Source: Kiritimatiellia bacterium (GTDB lineage: Bacteria; Verrucomicrobiota; Kiritimatiellia; UBA8416; JABMPJ01). Taken from it: a stretch of 64,000 nucleotides of DNA. A model generated the notes under the pieces. That model saw only the letters and a program-made list of their open reading frames with translations, was not told where the DNA came from and did not search any database. Position numbers and translations under genes: made by a program. Location: contig JADHWE010000001.1 in the NCBI GenBank assembly GCA_016783675.1, positions 64,955 through 128,954 on the forward strand. Reading direction: 5' to 3'. The number at the start of each line of letters is the position of its first letter. Position 1 is the stretch's first letter. Of the stretch, positions 1-8,804 are shown piece after piece.

Positions 1-109
1 AGGTGCCAAAGTAGTGGGCCATCAGGATTTCTCTGACCAACCCCAACACCCGGCTCAGACCCGTCCCAAAGCTGACGATCGCCGTCGATCTGAACAGGCG
101 GTGCTTCAT
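1..109 (-). CDS. murJ: Lipid II flippase MurJ/MviN, N-terminal fragment (gene runs off the left edge)
   Basis: Too short for the ORF track. Reverse translation from the ATG at 109-107 gives MKHRLFRSTAIVSFGTGLSRVLGLVREILMAHYFGT, a typical MurJ N-terminus (SR-x-LG-x-x-RE ... A-x-x-FG). It has an ATGA overlap with the stop of the upstream GT9 gene. Confidence 0.65.
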   Translation of the reverse strand, partial: MKHRLFRSTAIVSFGTGLSRVLGLVREILMAHYFGT

Positions 110-1110
110 AGCGCTTCCAGCATGGCGCGAACATCGTTCAAGACCTGCGCGGGGGTGACGCTGCGCAGCGCCGCCTCGGCCTCGGCCGACTCGCGCGGAA
201 CATCGCGGGTGCGTTCCTCCGGGGCGCCACCACAGATCACGCGGTTCGCTGCACCCAGCGGGCCCGTGAGAGACGGATCTGTGAGACCGAACACGGCCAC
301 CACGGGAACGCCCAGGGCCGTAGCGAGATGCATGCCGCCGCTGTCGTTGCTCACCGCCGCCCGGCAACGTGCCAGGCATGCCGCCAGCACAACAAGCGAG
401 GTCTTTCCTGCGAGGTTACGGGCCAAATCGCCCACAGCGTCTGCTATGTGGTCGCAAGCACCCCGCTCTGCGGCCGTACCGAAGAGAGCGATTCGCACAC
501 CCGACTCGTCAACAAGTCTTTTTGCCACTTCGGCGAAGGATTCCGGCGGCCACCGCTTGGAATTCCCCCTGGCAGCACCGGGCAGCATGGCCACCCACGG
601 CCGACTTCCGTCTTCCGCAAGCAGTTGCTCCGCCTCTCCCCGGGCCGATTCCGGCGGACTGAGTCGCGGCGCGAGCGCCTCTTCCGAGATAGCGAGGTCC
701 AGCAACCGGAAGTACTCCCATGCCTGGTGTGACGTGTCATCCGGGCGTCGCCCCGGACGCGGCTCCGTCAGCAGCAGCCGGCGCCAGTGAGCGGCTATTC
801 CGATACGCCGAGGGACACCGCCAAGAAAAGGCAACAGCGCGCTGCGAAATGAGTTGGGGAATATGACGGCACGATCGAAGGACTGCTGTTTCAACGCACG
901 CACCGTCAGCCGCGTTCCACCTCCGCCCTGGTAGATGGGCACGATGGCATCGACGGCTTCATGCATCTCCCAGAGCGGAACCATCCCGGGCTTCACAAGA
1001 AGGGTCACGTGGACTTCGGACGCGCCCTGTTTCAGAAGCTGGAGCGCGGGCATACTCATGATGCTATCGCCCAGCCAGTTGGTGCCGCATATCAGTAAGC
1101 GATCCATCAC
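106..1110 (-). CDS. Glycosyltransferase family 9 (ADP-heptose:LPS heptosyltransferase-like)
   Basis: 334 aa. The N-terminus MDRLLICGTNWLGDSIMSMPALQLLK and the C-terminal NDSGGMHLATALGVPVVAVFG are classic GT9 (RfaF/RfaC) signatures. It lies next to lpxK. Confidence 0.8.
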   Translation of the reverse strand: MMDRLLICGTNWLGDSIMSMPALQLLKQGASEVHVTLLVKPGMVPLWEMHEAVDAIVPIYQGGGGTRLTVRALKQQSFDRAVIFPNSFRSALLPFLGGVPRRIGIAAHWRRLLLTEPRPGRRPDDTSHQAWEYFRLLDLAISEEALAPRLSPPESARGEAEQLLAEDGSRPWVAMLPGAARGNSKRWPPESFAEVAKRLVDESGVRIALFGTAAERGACDHIADAVGDLARNLAGKTSLVVLAACLARCRAAVSNDSGGMHLATALGVPVVAVFGLTDPSLTGPLGAANRVICGGAPEERTRDVPRESAEAEAALRSVTPAQVLNDVRAMLEAL

Positions 1111-1125
1111 CCCTTCTTTCGCGCG

Positions 1126-2316
1126 TCAGCCCGTTTTCGACGACTGCTTGAAACAGATGCGCGAGATGCACTCGTGAAAATCCTCGGCCCCGCTCAGGAT
1201 CTCGATATCCACACGAAGGAAGAGGATCGGCACATCACAACGGTCCAGGCGCGGAAAACGAACCGCGTCCTTCTCGGTCGTGATGATGGCCTCTGCCCCC
1301 TCGTGCTTGGCGGCGTTGATGATGTTGATGATCTCCTGCTGTGAATAGCGGTGGTGGTCAGCGAAGCGGTGGGCGTCGACCACCTCGGCACCGCGGCGGG
1401 CAAGCTCTTTCTCGAAACCGGCCGGCATCGCGATTCCTGACATGGCTACAACCTTCATCTCCTTCAGGTAGTCGAGTTCACGGCGCTCGGATGTGAAGAC
1501 ATGGGTCAGGTAGCGCGCGGCATGGCGGCATTCGATGATTTCTGCCGTGGGATTCAACTCACGCAGGCGAGCACGGAGCGGGTCCGACCCGGTCCCGTTG
1601 GACTTCGTGATGAAGATGAAACTGGCACGACTGATGTTCCTGATGGGTTCACGAAGAATACCGCGGGGCAGCACGTGCTCGTTCCCGAAAGGATTGGTGC
1701 GGTCGACGAGCACAATATCGAGTCTGTGCTTGAGAGCCATGTATTGGAATCCGTCATCCAGCACCAGGGTATCGCACCCCAGTTTATTGATGGCATAGCG
1801 ACCGCTTTTCACGCGGTCCTTGTCAACCAGGACGGCCACGTCGGGCAGGTTGGACGCCAGCATGTACGGCTCATCACCGCTCATCGCCGAATCGAGCAAC
1901 AGCGTGGAACCATCCGACACCACGCGAGGCGGACGCCTGCGTTCGCGCAGCATCACGCGATCCATGATGCGCTTCTTGAGCGGCGCTTTCGCCTTCTTAT
2001 ATCCGCGGCTCAGAATGGCGACCCGTCGTCCCGCTTTCTGCAACTCACGGGCAAAGATTTCCACGACGGGTGTTTTACCCGTACCCCCAACCGTGAGGTT
2101 GCCGATACTGACGACCTGGCAGCCCAGGGCGTTCGGACGTATCAGGCCCTTTTGATAGAGAAACAGGCGCACACCTACGACGAGCCCATAAAGGCGAGAC
2201 AGCTCCCGGAGTGATCGCAACAGGAGCCGCACGCGACGCCCGTGCCCTTGGTCGGCGCCTTCGCGGCCGATCAGTTTGACCAAGCCCTCTTCTGCTCTTT
2301 CAAAGCGTTCCAACAT
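1126..2316 (-). CDS. lpxK: Tetraacyldisaccharide 4'-kinase
   Basis: 396 aa. It has the P-loop context VSIGNLTVGGTGKTPVVE and an LpxK-like layout, and sits in an LPS gene neighbourhood. Confidence 0.85.
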   Translation of the reverse strand: MLERFERAEEGLVKLIGREGADQGHGRRVRLLLRSLRELSRLYGLVVGVRLFLYQKGLIRPNALGCQVVSIGNLTVGGTGKTPVVEIFARELQKAGRRVAILSRGYKKAKAPLKKRIMDRVMLRERRRPPRVVSDGSTLLLDSAMSGDEPYMLASNLPDVAVLVDKDRVKSGRYAINKLGCDTLVLDDGFQYMALKHRLDIVLVDRTNPFGNEHVLPRGILREPIRNISRASFIFITKSNGTGSDPLRARLRELNPTAEIIECRHAARYLTHVFTSERRELDYLKEMKVVAMSGIAMPAGFEKELARRGAEVVDAHRFADHHRYSQQEIINIINAAKHEGAEAIITTEKDAVRFPRLDRCDVPILFLRVDIEILSGAEDFHECISRICFKQSSKTG

Positions 2317-2341
2317 GACAGATTCTCTCTAGTGTGGTGCC

Positions 2342-3607
2342 TCAGGCTACAGGCAACTGGTCTCCAACCTGGGCCGGCAGCACCCCGAAGTCTGGAATGG
2401 ATCCCGTCTCCCGGAATGCCTTGGGACCCATCTCCAACACAGACTGGGAGGTACGATGAAAATGCAGGCTGCTCTTGAAACCGGTCAACGTGGCGATCTC
2501 GCGAATCCGCATCTTGGACTTCTTCAGCATCAGGCAGGCATCGGCGATGCGAACGCGCGCAATCTCCTCCTGCATCGTGCGGCCGAGGTGATCGTGAAAG
2601 AGGGTCTGAAGTCGCCGCCGCGTCACGGGAACGTGCGCCGAAACACTGTCCACGTTGATGGGGCTCCGGTAACGGGTCCAGATGAAGCGCAGGGCACGGG
2701 CGGCATGCAGGTTGGGGAGCGCCATGATGTCCGTCGACACCCGCGTGTGCACCGGTCCCGGTTCAACCAGCACAGGTTGGGCCGGTCTGGGCCGGCCATC
2801 GATCAACTGGTCGAGCAGCCGCGCCCCCTCGTATCCCACGTCGCGGGAGCGAACATCAACGCTGGACACCGCTACGGGGGCCACATCACAGAGTATGGGG
2901 TCATTGCCGGCACTGATAACCGCAACCTGTTCGGGAACGCTGTAGCCACAGCCGACCAAGGCATCGACCAGGGATATGGCGTCGAGATCATCGCCCACCA
3001 TGACCGCAATCGGAACGCGCAGCGTGGAAAGCATCGGGGCGATCCACTCGCGCATGGATGCAGCGCTTCCCGAAGCGGGAGCTCCGTCCGGAGGAGCCAG
3101 CGACACGAAGCGCTCGCCTGCTGCCTCGACCTGTGCCTGAAACCCCTTCAAGCGCAACGCCTCTTGCTCCGTATCACGCTGCCTGCAGAAGGCCAGGGAT
3201 CGATACCCGCGATCGAGGAGATGCCGCGCCGCAGCACGGCCGATCGACTCGTCGCAGCAGCTCACACAGGACGGCACACCGTTGCCGCAAATACCGAGAC
3301 CGACCACCGGCACACTCAACCCGCGCACCAAACCGGTGACATCCGCACGGGGAACGTGCCCGCACAGGACACCATCCGCTCCCGTGCCGTCAGGCACCTG
3401 CCCTGTATAGGACATCCTGCAATCCAGGATCCAGTTCTGCTCACGGGCATAGGTCGCCACTCCCTCATGCAGAGCATGAGGACCTCCGGTAGCCAAGAGC
3501 AGTACACGACGACGTTGAGGCACTGAACGATTCCTTCTTCTATATTTGTGGCTGACGAGACAAGAGTTCGCGAAACGATATTTTATTAAGGCATAACGGT
3601 CAACCAC
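2342..3607 (-). CDS. AraC-family transcriptional regulator with a periplasmic-binding-protein-like sensor domain (XylR-type architecture)
   Basis: 421 aa. The N-terminal two thirds resemble a LacI/PBP-type sugar-binding fold. The C-terminus (RFIWTRY...VSAHVPVTRRRLQTLF...IREIATLTGFKSSLHFHRTS) is an AraC HTH pair. The start codon is uncertain. Confidence 0.65.
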   Translation of the reverse strand: MVDRYALIKYRFANSCLVSHKYRRRNRSVPQRRRVLLLATGGPHALHEGVATYAREQNWILDCRMSYTGQVPDGTGADGVLCGHVPRADVTGLVRGLSVPVVGLGICGNGVPSCVSCCDESIGRAAARHLLDRGYRSLAFCRQRDTEQEALRLKGFQAQVEAAGERFVSLAPPDGAPASGSAASMREWIAPMLSTLRVPIAVMVGDDLDAISLVDALVGCGYSVPEQVAVISAGNDPILCDVAPVAVSSVDVRSRDVGYEGARLLDQLIDGRPRPAQPVLVEPGPVHTRVSTDIMALPNLHAARALRFIWTRYRSPINVDSVSAHVPVTRRRLQTLFHDHLGRTMQEEIARVRIADACLMLKKSKMRIREIATLTGFKSSLHFHRTSQSVLEMGPKAFRETGSIPDFGVLPAQVGDQLPVA

Positions 3608-3689
3608 GATCTCTCCCCGAGGCTCTCAGCGCGTCAGCAAGGGGAAAAATCAAATGTGCTGGACTCTCCCGACGCCTCCAGTCGATAGT

Positions 3690-4697
3690 ATGCACATGAC
3701 GACAAAACAGCACCCCGAGTACCAGTATATCGACCTACTGAACGACATCCTCGACAACGGTTCACGCAAGGAGCTTTTTCTTACCGACGAGGTGAAGAAG
3801 CAGTACGAGGACCAAGGCGAACCACTGCCGCACATCAAGTCCGTATTCGGGCGTCAGCTACGGTTCGACCTGGCCGAGGGGTTCCCGTTGCTGACCACAA
3901 AGAAGACGTTCATGCGCGGAATCACCGAGGAACTGCTCTGGTTTCTGAGAGGCGAGTCCAACATCAAGTACCTGGTGGACCGTGATGTCCACATCTGGGA
4001 CGAGTGGGCCCACAAGAAATACCGCAAGCTCGCCGCAGGCGAAGGACTGCCGGAGCTGGGGCAGAAAGATTTCATCGCCAGGCTGAAGGCTGAACCGCCT
4101 GATAGTGAATTCGTTCAGAAGTGGGGAGAGCTGGTCACCATATATGGACGCATGTGGCGTCGCTGGCCGGCCAGTGACGGGCGCGAGATTGACCAGCTTG
4201 GATGGTGTATCAAGGGACTGCGCGCGCGGCCGTTCCGAAAATCCTACGTCGTCTCCGCGTGGAACCCTGACTTTATCTACGACATGGCGTCGCCCGGTAA
4301 TGCCAACGAAGTGCCCCCATTCTGTCACACGACCTACCAGCTTTGTGTAACAGGCGGCAATCGCCTGAACCTGGGACTGTACCAGCGCAGTGCCGACGTG
4401 TTTCTGGGGGTGCCGTTCAACATCGCCAGTTACGCACTGCTGCTTCTGATGGTGGCGCAAGTGACGGGGCTTGAACCCGGCGAATTCGTCCACACCTTTG
4501 GTGATGTGCACATGTATTCCAATCACGAGAGCCAGATCAGGGAACAGATCGCCCGTGAGCCTAAGGCCTGGCCACGTGTGGTCCTCAATCCCGACGTCAA
4601 GGAGATCGACGATTTCTGCTTTGATGATTTCACTGTCGAGGGCTACGACCCTCATCCGGCCCTCAGAGCCCCCATCACCAACGTGGGAGGGTTCTAG
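3690..4697 (+). CDS. thyA: Thymidylate synthase (ThyA)
   Basis: ThyA signatures are present: EYQYIDLL, RSADVFLGVPFNIASYALLLLMVAQVTGL, HTFGDVHMYSNH, and the catalytic Cys in PPFCHTTYQ. The ORF opens at 3654, but the ATG at 3690 (MHMTTKQHPEYQY) fits the family N-terminus better. Confidence 0.9.
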   Translation: MHMTTKQHPEYQYIDLLNDILDNGSRKELFLTDEVKKQYEDQGEPLPHIKSVFGRQLRFDLAEGFPLLTTKKTFMRGITEELLWFLRGESNIKYLVDRDVHIWDEWAHKKYRKLAAGEGLPELGQKDFIARLKAEPPDSEFVQKWGELVTIYGRMWRRWPASDGREIDQLGWCIKGLRARPFRKSYVVSAWNPDFIYDMASPGNANEVPPFCHTTYQLCVTGGNRLNLGLYQRSADVFLGVPFNIASYALLLLMVAQVTGLEPGEFVHTFGDVHMYSNHESQIREQIAREPKAWPRVVLNPDVKEIDDFCFDDFTVEGYDPHPALRAPITNVGGF

Positions 4698-4734
4698 CCC
4701 CAGTCAACGCATCCTTCTGCAGGACCCGTGATTC

Positions 4735-5229
4735 ATGACCATCTCGATTATCGCCGCACTTGGCACCAACCGCGCTATCGGACGCGACAACGCACTGCTC
4801 TGGCACCTGCCAGGCGATCTCCCCCGTTTCAAGCACCTCACGATCGGACACCCGGTCATCATGGGACGCAAGACGTACGAGTCGATTGGCAAGCCCCTTC
4901 CCGGCCGACTCAACATCATCATCACGCGCAAATCCGACTTCCAGGCAGAGGGAGTGACCGTATGCCACGACCTGGACACCTCCCTCGCCTGCGCCGCGGC
5001 GTCCGAGCCACCGGATGACGAGGTGTTCGTCATCGGCGGAGGTGACATCTATGCCCAGGTCATCGACATGGCTGACAGGCTTTACCTCACCGAGGTAGAC
5101 GATGCCCCGGCCGACGCCGACACTTTTTTCCCGAGCTACGAAGCGTTTTCTGATGTACTGGACTCTGAAGAACATTCCGCCGGGGATCTTACCTACCGCT
5201 TCACGGTCCGCACACGCCCGCCCAGTTGA
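4735..5229 (+). CDS. folA: Dihydrofolate reductase
   Basis: 164 aa. The sequence MTISIIAALGTNRAIGRDNALLWHLPGDLPRFKHLTIGHPVIMGRKTYESIG is canonical FolA, and the gene sits directly downstream of thyA. Confidence 0.9.
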   Translation: MTISIIAALGTNRAIGRDNALLWHLPGDLPRFKHLTIGHPVIMGRKTYESIGKPLPGRLNIIITRKSDFQAEGVTVCHDLDTSLACAAASEPPDDEVFVIGGGDIYAQVIDMADRLYLTEVDDAPADADTFFPSYEAFSDVLDSEEHSAGDLTYRFTVRTRPPS

Positions 5230-5251
5230 TCCCAAAGTGATGCGGACCGCT

Positions 5252-5307
5252 CGGTAAGCCCTTGACACGGTAAGCCCTTGATCTTGCTCCATCGTGCCCG
5301 ATAGAAT
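5252..5307 (+). promoter_or_regulatory. Direct 14-nt repeat plus a candidate sigma70-type promoter upstream of the GH16 gene
   Basis: CGGTAAGCCCTTGA occurs at 5252-5265 and again at 5268-5281. TTGATC (5278-5283), an 18-nt spacer and TAGAAT (5302-5307) make a plausible -35/-10 pair. The ATG at 5315 would then be nearly leaderless. Confidence 0.3.
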
Positions 5308-5314
5308 CGACCTC

Positions 5315-6196
5315 ATGAAACGCATATGCCGCCTTCTCGCTTCTTTGCTCATCCTATCGATCGCCGGGTGCGAAGATGACTCGAATGACGCACCCGTCAT
5401 CCCGAACTTGATTGACGCCGCGACGGTCTGCCCCTCGACCGTTCAGGGCCCCCGCATGATCACTTTCGCCGGGCGTACCTGGGAAGTGCGGCAAGCGGCT
5501 TCGCCCGCCGCCGCCGGGGAGAACTGCTGGACCGGCGATGCGCGTAACGCGTGGGTCGACAGCCAGGGGCGATTGCACCTCAGGATCACACGCCGCAGTG
5601 ATGTCTGGACCTGCACGGAGATCTACTCGTCGGACAGCTACGGCTATGGCACGTATACCTTCCGCGTGGCCTCCCCTGTTGGCGCCATGGATCGCAACGT
5701 CGTGCTGGGCCTCTTCACGTGGGACAACGACGCACCGCGGTCCGGCAGACTCCACGAGATCGACATTGAGTTCACGCCATGGTCGCGCGTCTTCGGAGAA
5801 AACCTGCACTACTCGGTTCAGCCGGTCATGGGCCCCGACACAGATAACGGACAGTATGACGAGCGGACAGACGGGGTATTCCTCCCCGGCAACATTGACA
5901 TGTCCGTCCATCGCTTCACCTGGATGCCCTCGTACGTGGACTTCGCCAGCATGGAAGGTCCCACCGAAGCAGGCGAGCTCATCCATAGCTGGCGATTCAC
6001 AGCCGACAACCCGGCACGGCGTTCAAACGACACCACGCTGGCTACACCCGTGCTGATTCCCACGCCGTCACGAGGCACATCGCTCAGGATCAACCTGTGG
6101 CTCAATGATGGCGACAGCGATGGATTTGGCGACGCCCCTGCCGACGGCAGGGAGGTGGAAGTCGTCATCGACCAATTCACCTACACGCCGGCCTGA
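5315..6196 (+). CDS. Glycoside hydrolase family 16 lipoprotein (beta-glucanase-like)
   Basis: It has a lipoprotein signal MKRICRLLASLLILSIAGC and the GH16 catalytic motif E-I-D-I-E-F in LHEIDIEFTPW. The track ORF opens at an alternative codon at 5294. Confidence 0.7.
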   Translation: MKRICRLLASLLILSIAGCEDDSNDAPVIPNLIDAATVCPSTVQGPRMITFAGRTWEVRQAASPAAAGENCWTGDARNAWVDSQGRLHLRITRRSDVWTCTEIYSSDSYGYGTYTFRVASPVGAMDRNVVLGLFTWDNDAPRSGRLHEIDIEFTPWSRVFGENLHYSVQPVMGPDTDNGQYDERTDGVFLPGNIDMSVHRFTWMPSYVDFASMEGPTEAGELIHSWRFTADNPARRSNDTTLATPVLIPTPSRGTSLRINLWLNDGDSDGFGDAPADGREVEVVIDQFTYTPA

Positions 6197-6202
6197 CGCA
6201 GG

Positions 6203-6667
6203 TTACAGGTCGCCCGCAGTCGCTTCCACGGGGCTCTGCTGTTCTTCCACCCGCGGTTTACGGCTGCCGCCGCGCTTGAACATGCGACCGAAGATACGCC
6301 CGAAAAAGGCGCGAATCCTCGTTCCCACCTTCGGTCGACGCAGCTTCTCCAGGCGCCCGTAGCCGGCCAGAAGCTCCTCGGGAGAGAAATCCTTGCGGTT
6401 CACGTTTTCCGCCAGCTCCATCTCCAGCTTGTCGGCCGGACTGTCACGATCCACCACCACGGCGTCGATCGTATACCATCCCAACCGCCGCGCCGAAAGA
6501 AGACGGCGATGGCCGGCTATCAGCTCATTCTTGCGCGTAACGACAATCGGGCTCATCTGGCCAAACTTCGACATGCTATCCATGAGAGTAGTCAAGTCGC
6601 CCACATCCGTCCGAACACGTTCTTTGATGACAACCGAGTTGACCGATATCTGCATTATAAACTCCAC
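6203..6667 (-). CDS. Stand-alone ParB N-terminal (ParB/Srx-like nuclease/NTPase) domain protein
   Basis: 154 aa. The stretch MSPIVVTRKNELIAGHRRLLSARRLGWYTIDAVVV carries the GxRR box of ParB-N domains. No HTH or dimerisation domain follows, only a basic tail. The start may be M5 (6655). Confidence 0.6.
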   Translation of the reverse strand: MEFIMQISVNSVVIKERVRTDVGDLTTLMDSMSKFGQMSPIVVTRKNELIAGHRRLLSARRLGWYTIDAVVVDRDSPADKLEMELAENVNRKDFSPEELLAGYGRLEKLRRPKVGTRIRAFFGRIFGRMFKRGGSRKPRVEEQQSPVEATAGDL

Positions 6668-6818
6668 TGCCGTGCCGGCACATCCTGGAACGGCTCAGCT
6701 AACCCTCATCACAACGTAGTGGCCTGATCTACACCAGCGAAAGCCCTGGAGTCAGAACACAGGAACTGAGTGTCGCACATCACACCACTTCTTCAAGTCT
6801 GGAGTGTGAAATGCGGAA

Positions 6819-8804
6819 TTGAATTTCAGCCACGGAAGATGGTACTACTATGCGCGACCCTTTGCTATGGATACTGACTCCCATACTACGCCCAAGAAGA
6901 CCCGTAGACCGCGCCGTCGTAGACCGCGCGTGCGGGCCGCCAGGCAATTGCCTCAGGCACACATGTTCAGCGTGGCCAACCCGTTCAAGGGCAACATTCC
7001 GCGCAAGTTGTTCTTTCCCGTCGGCCGCATACTGGACAAAGTTCTTGGCTTGGACGGCGTCTACGACATCTATATGCGTAGTGCCGCCGGATCCCGCGAC
7101 CGCCCGTTCTCGGACAACGTGCTGGAAGCGATGGACCTGGCGTTCGAGGTAACCGAAGCCGACGTTGCGCGTATTCCCGATACCGGACCGGTCGTTGTTG
7201 TGGCCAACCACTGCTTCGGCGGCGTGGAGGGCGTGCTCCTCGCCTCGCTGCTCCAGATGGTGCGCCAGGATGTACGCATCATGGCCAACTATATGTTGTC
7301 ACGCATTCCAGAGATGCATGACCTCTTCTTTTTCGTGGATCCGTTCGGCGGCAAGGATGCGCCGCGCTCCAACATCCGCCCCATCAAGCAGTCCATTAAG
7401 TGGCTTCGTGATGGCGGCATTTTCGGGGTATTTCCCTCCGGCGAGGTGGCCCACTTTGATCCACGCAAACGTGCCGTGGTTGAAGGCGAGTGGAGCACAT
7501 CCATCGGCGGCGTGATTCGCCGGACAAAGGCAACGGTTGTTCCGGTGTTCTTCGACGGATCCAACACGGCACTCTTCCACCTGCTGGGGCTTGTCCATCC
7601 ACGCTTACGCACCGCGCGGCTGCCGCACGAGCTGCTGAACAAGCAGGGCCGCACGATCCCGGCCTATGTGGGCAACCCGATCCCATTCTCGCGCCTGGAA
7701 GACATGGACACCGATCGCGAAATTATCGACTACGTCAGAATGCGAACGTACAACCTCCGCAACAGGAAAGGCCATAGATCGCGCCGCATCATCCGGCTTC
7801 CCCGCCGGCACCCGCATTCCGCCACCCAATTGCCGGTGGCTGCCCCCGTCTCACCTGACAAACTGGCGGCAGAGCTGGACACCCTGGAGCCTGACCAGTG
7901 CCTGCTCACGGTTAAGGAACTGTCGGTATGGGCAACCAAGGCATCGCAGACGCCCTCGATTCTTCGTGAGATAGGCCGCCTGCGCGAAGAGGCATTCCGG
8001 GCCGTCGGTGAGGGCACCGGGCAGGCGATCGACCTGGATGAGTATGACGACTACTATCACCACCTCTTTCTCTGGAACAGTGAGAGCCGGGAGATCGTCT
8101 CGGCATATCGTCTCGGCGCCACAGATGAGATTATTCCGCAACGGGGACTGCACGGGCTCTACACCTACAGCCTGTTCCGCTATCGCCGCAAGCTGATCGA
8201 CCGCATCCAACCGGCACTGGAAATGGGCCGTTCGTTTGTCCGGATCAGCTACCAGAAGAGCTACACGCCCCTGTTGATGATGTGGAGGGGCATTGCCTCT
8301 TTCGTGGTACGCAATCCACGTTATCACATGCTTTTCGGACCGGTCAGCATCTCGGACGATTACGGCACAAGCTCACGCAACCTGCTGATGGCCTTCTTGA
8401 AGATGAACAAGTTCGAGCCCGAACTGGCACGTCTCGTCAAGGCACGGTCCCCTGTGCGACAGCCCTTCCTGCGCAAGCTGCGCCACCGCGAGATGCGCAC
8501 CGTGGTGGAGAGTGTTGATGACGTGGAATCGCTCATTTCTGATGTTGAGACCAACATGAAGGGAATGCCTATCCTGCTGAAGCAGTATCTCAAGTTGGGG
8601 GGCAAACTGCTGGGCTTTAACATTGACCCGGCTTTTCACTACGTGTTGGATGGGCTTATTCTCGTGGATCTACTGGAGACCGATAGACGTATTCTCCGCC
8701 GCTACATGGGAGACAAGCCCCTGGCAGAGTACCGGGCGCTCTGGGAGAAACAGCGCGCCGTCAGCAAAACAGCGCAGGAGCATGGTGACGATGAAACAAC
8801 CTAA
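6819..8804 (+). CDS. Bifunctional acyltransferase: N-terminal PlsC/lysophospholipid-acyltransferase-like plus C-terminal OlsB-like GNAT N-acyltransferase (OlsF-type aminolipid synthase candidate)
   Basis: The N-terminal half (VVVANHCFGGVEGVLL ... GIFGVFPSGEVAH) looks like a PlsC-type acyltransferase. The C-terminal half (IDLDEYDDYYHHLFLWNSESREIVSAYRLG) matches the OlsB/hemolysin-like GNAT pattern. The true start is probably internal (for example the ATG at 6867). Confidence 0.55.
   Translation: MNFSHGRWYYYARPFAMDTDSHTTPKKTRRPRRRRPRVRAARQLPQAHMFSVANPFKGNIPRKLFFPVGRILDKVLGLDGVYDIYMRSAAGSRDRPFSDNVLEAMDLAFEVTEADVARIPDTGPVVVVANHCFGGVEGVLLASLLQMVRQDVRIMANYMLSRIPEMHDLFFFVDPFGGKDAPRSNIRPIKQSIKWLRDGGIFGVFPSGEVAHFDPRKRAVVEGEWSTSIGGVIRRTKATVVPVFFDGSNTALFHLLGLVHPRLRTARLPHELLNKQGRTIPAYVGNPIPFSRLEDMDTDREIIDYVRMRTYNLRNRKGHRSRRIIRLPRRHPHSATQLPVAAPVSPDKLAAELDTLEPDQCLLTVKELSVWATKASQTPSILREIGRLREEAFRAVGEGTGQAIDLDEYDDYYHHLFLWNSESREIVSAYRLGATDEIIPQRGLHGLYTYSLFRYRRKLIDRIQPALEMGRSFVRISYQKSYTPLLMMWRGIASFVVRNPRYHMLFGPVSISDDYGTSSRNLLMAFLKMNKFEPELARLVKARSPVRQPFLRKLRHREMRTVVESVDDVESLISDVETNMKGMPILLKQYLKLGGKLLGFNIDPAFHYVLDGLILVDLLETDRRILRRYMGDKPLAEYRALWEKQRAVSKTAQEHGDDETT

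Noticed and set aside
14-790. A 258-aa plus-strand ORF at the left edge.
   Set aside because: It is antisense to the GT9 heptosyltransferase and murJ. Its composition is Ser/Ala/Arg-rich and it has no motifs.
4675-5400. A 241-aa minus-strand ORF spanning folA and the GH16 upstream region.
   Set aside because: It is antisense to the clearly identified folA. It has no motifs and crosses an intergenic region.
8623-8781. The N-terminal extension of the sulfatase ORF (the track ORF starts at 8623).
   Set aside because: The extension overlaps the 3' end of the acyltransferase gene in another frame and looks like neither a signal peptide nor sulfatase sequence. The catalytic domain begins at MKQPNILFIMSDDH.
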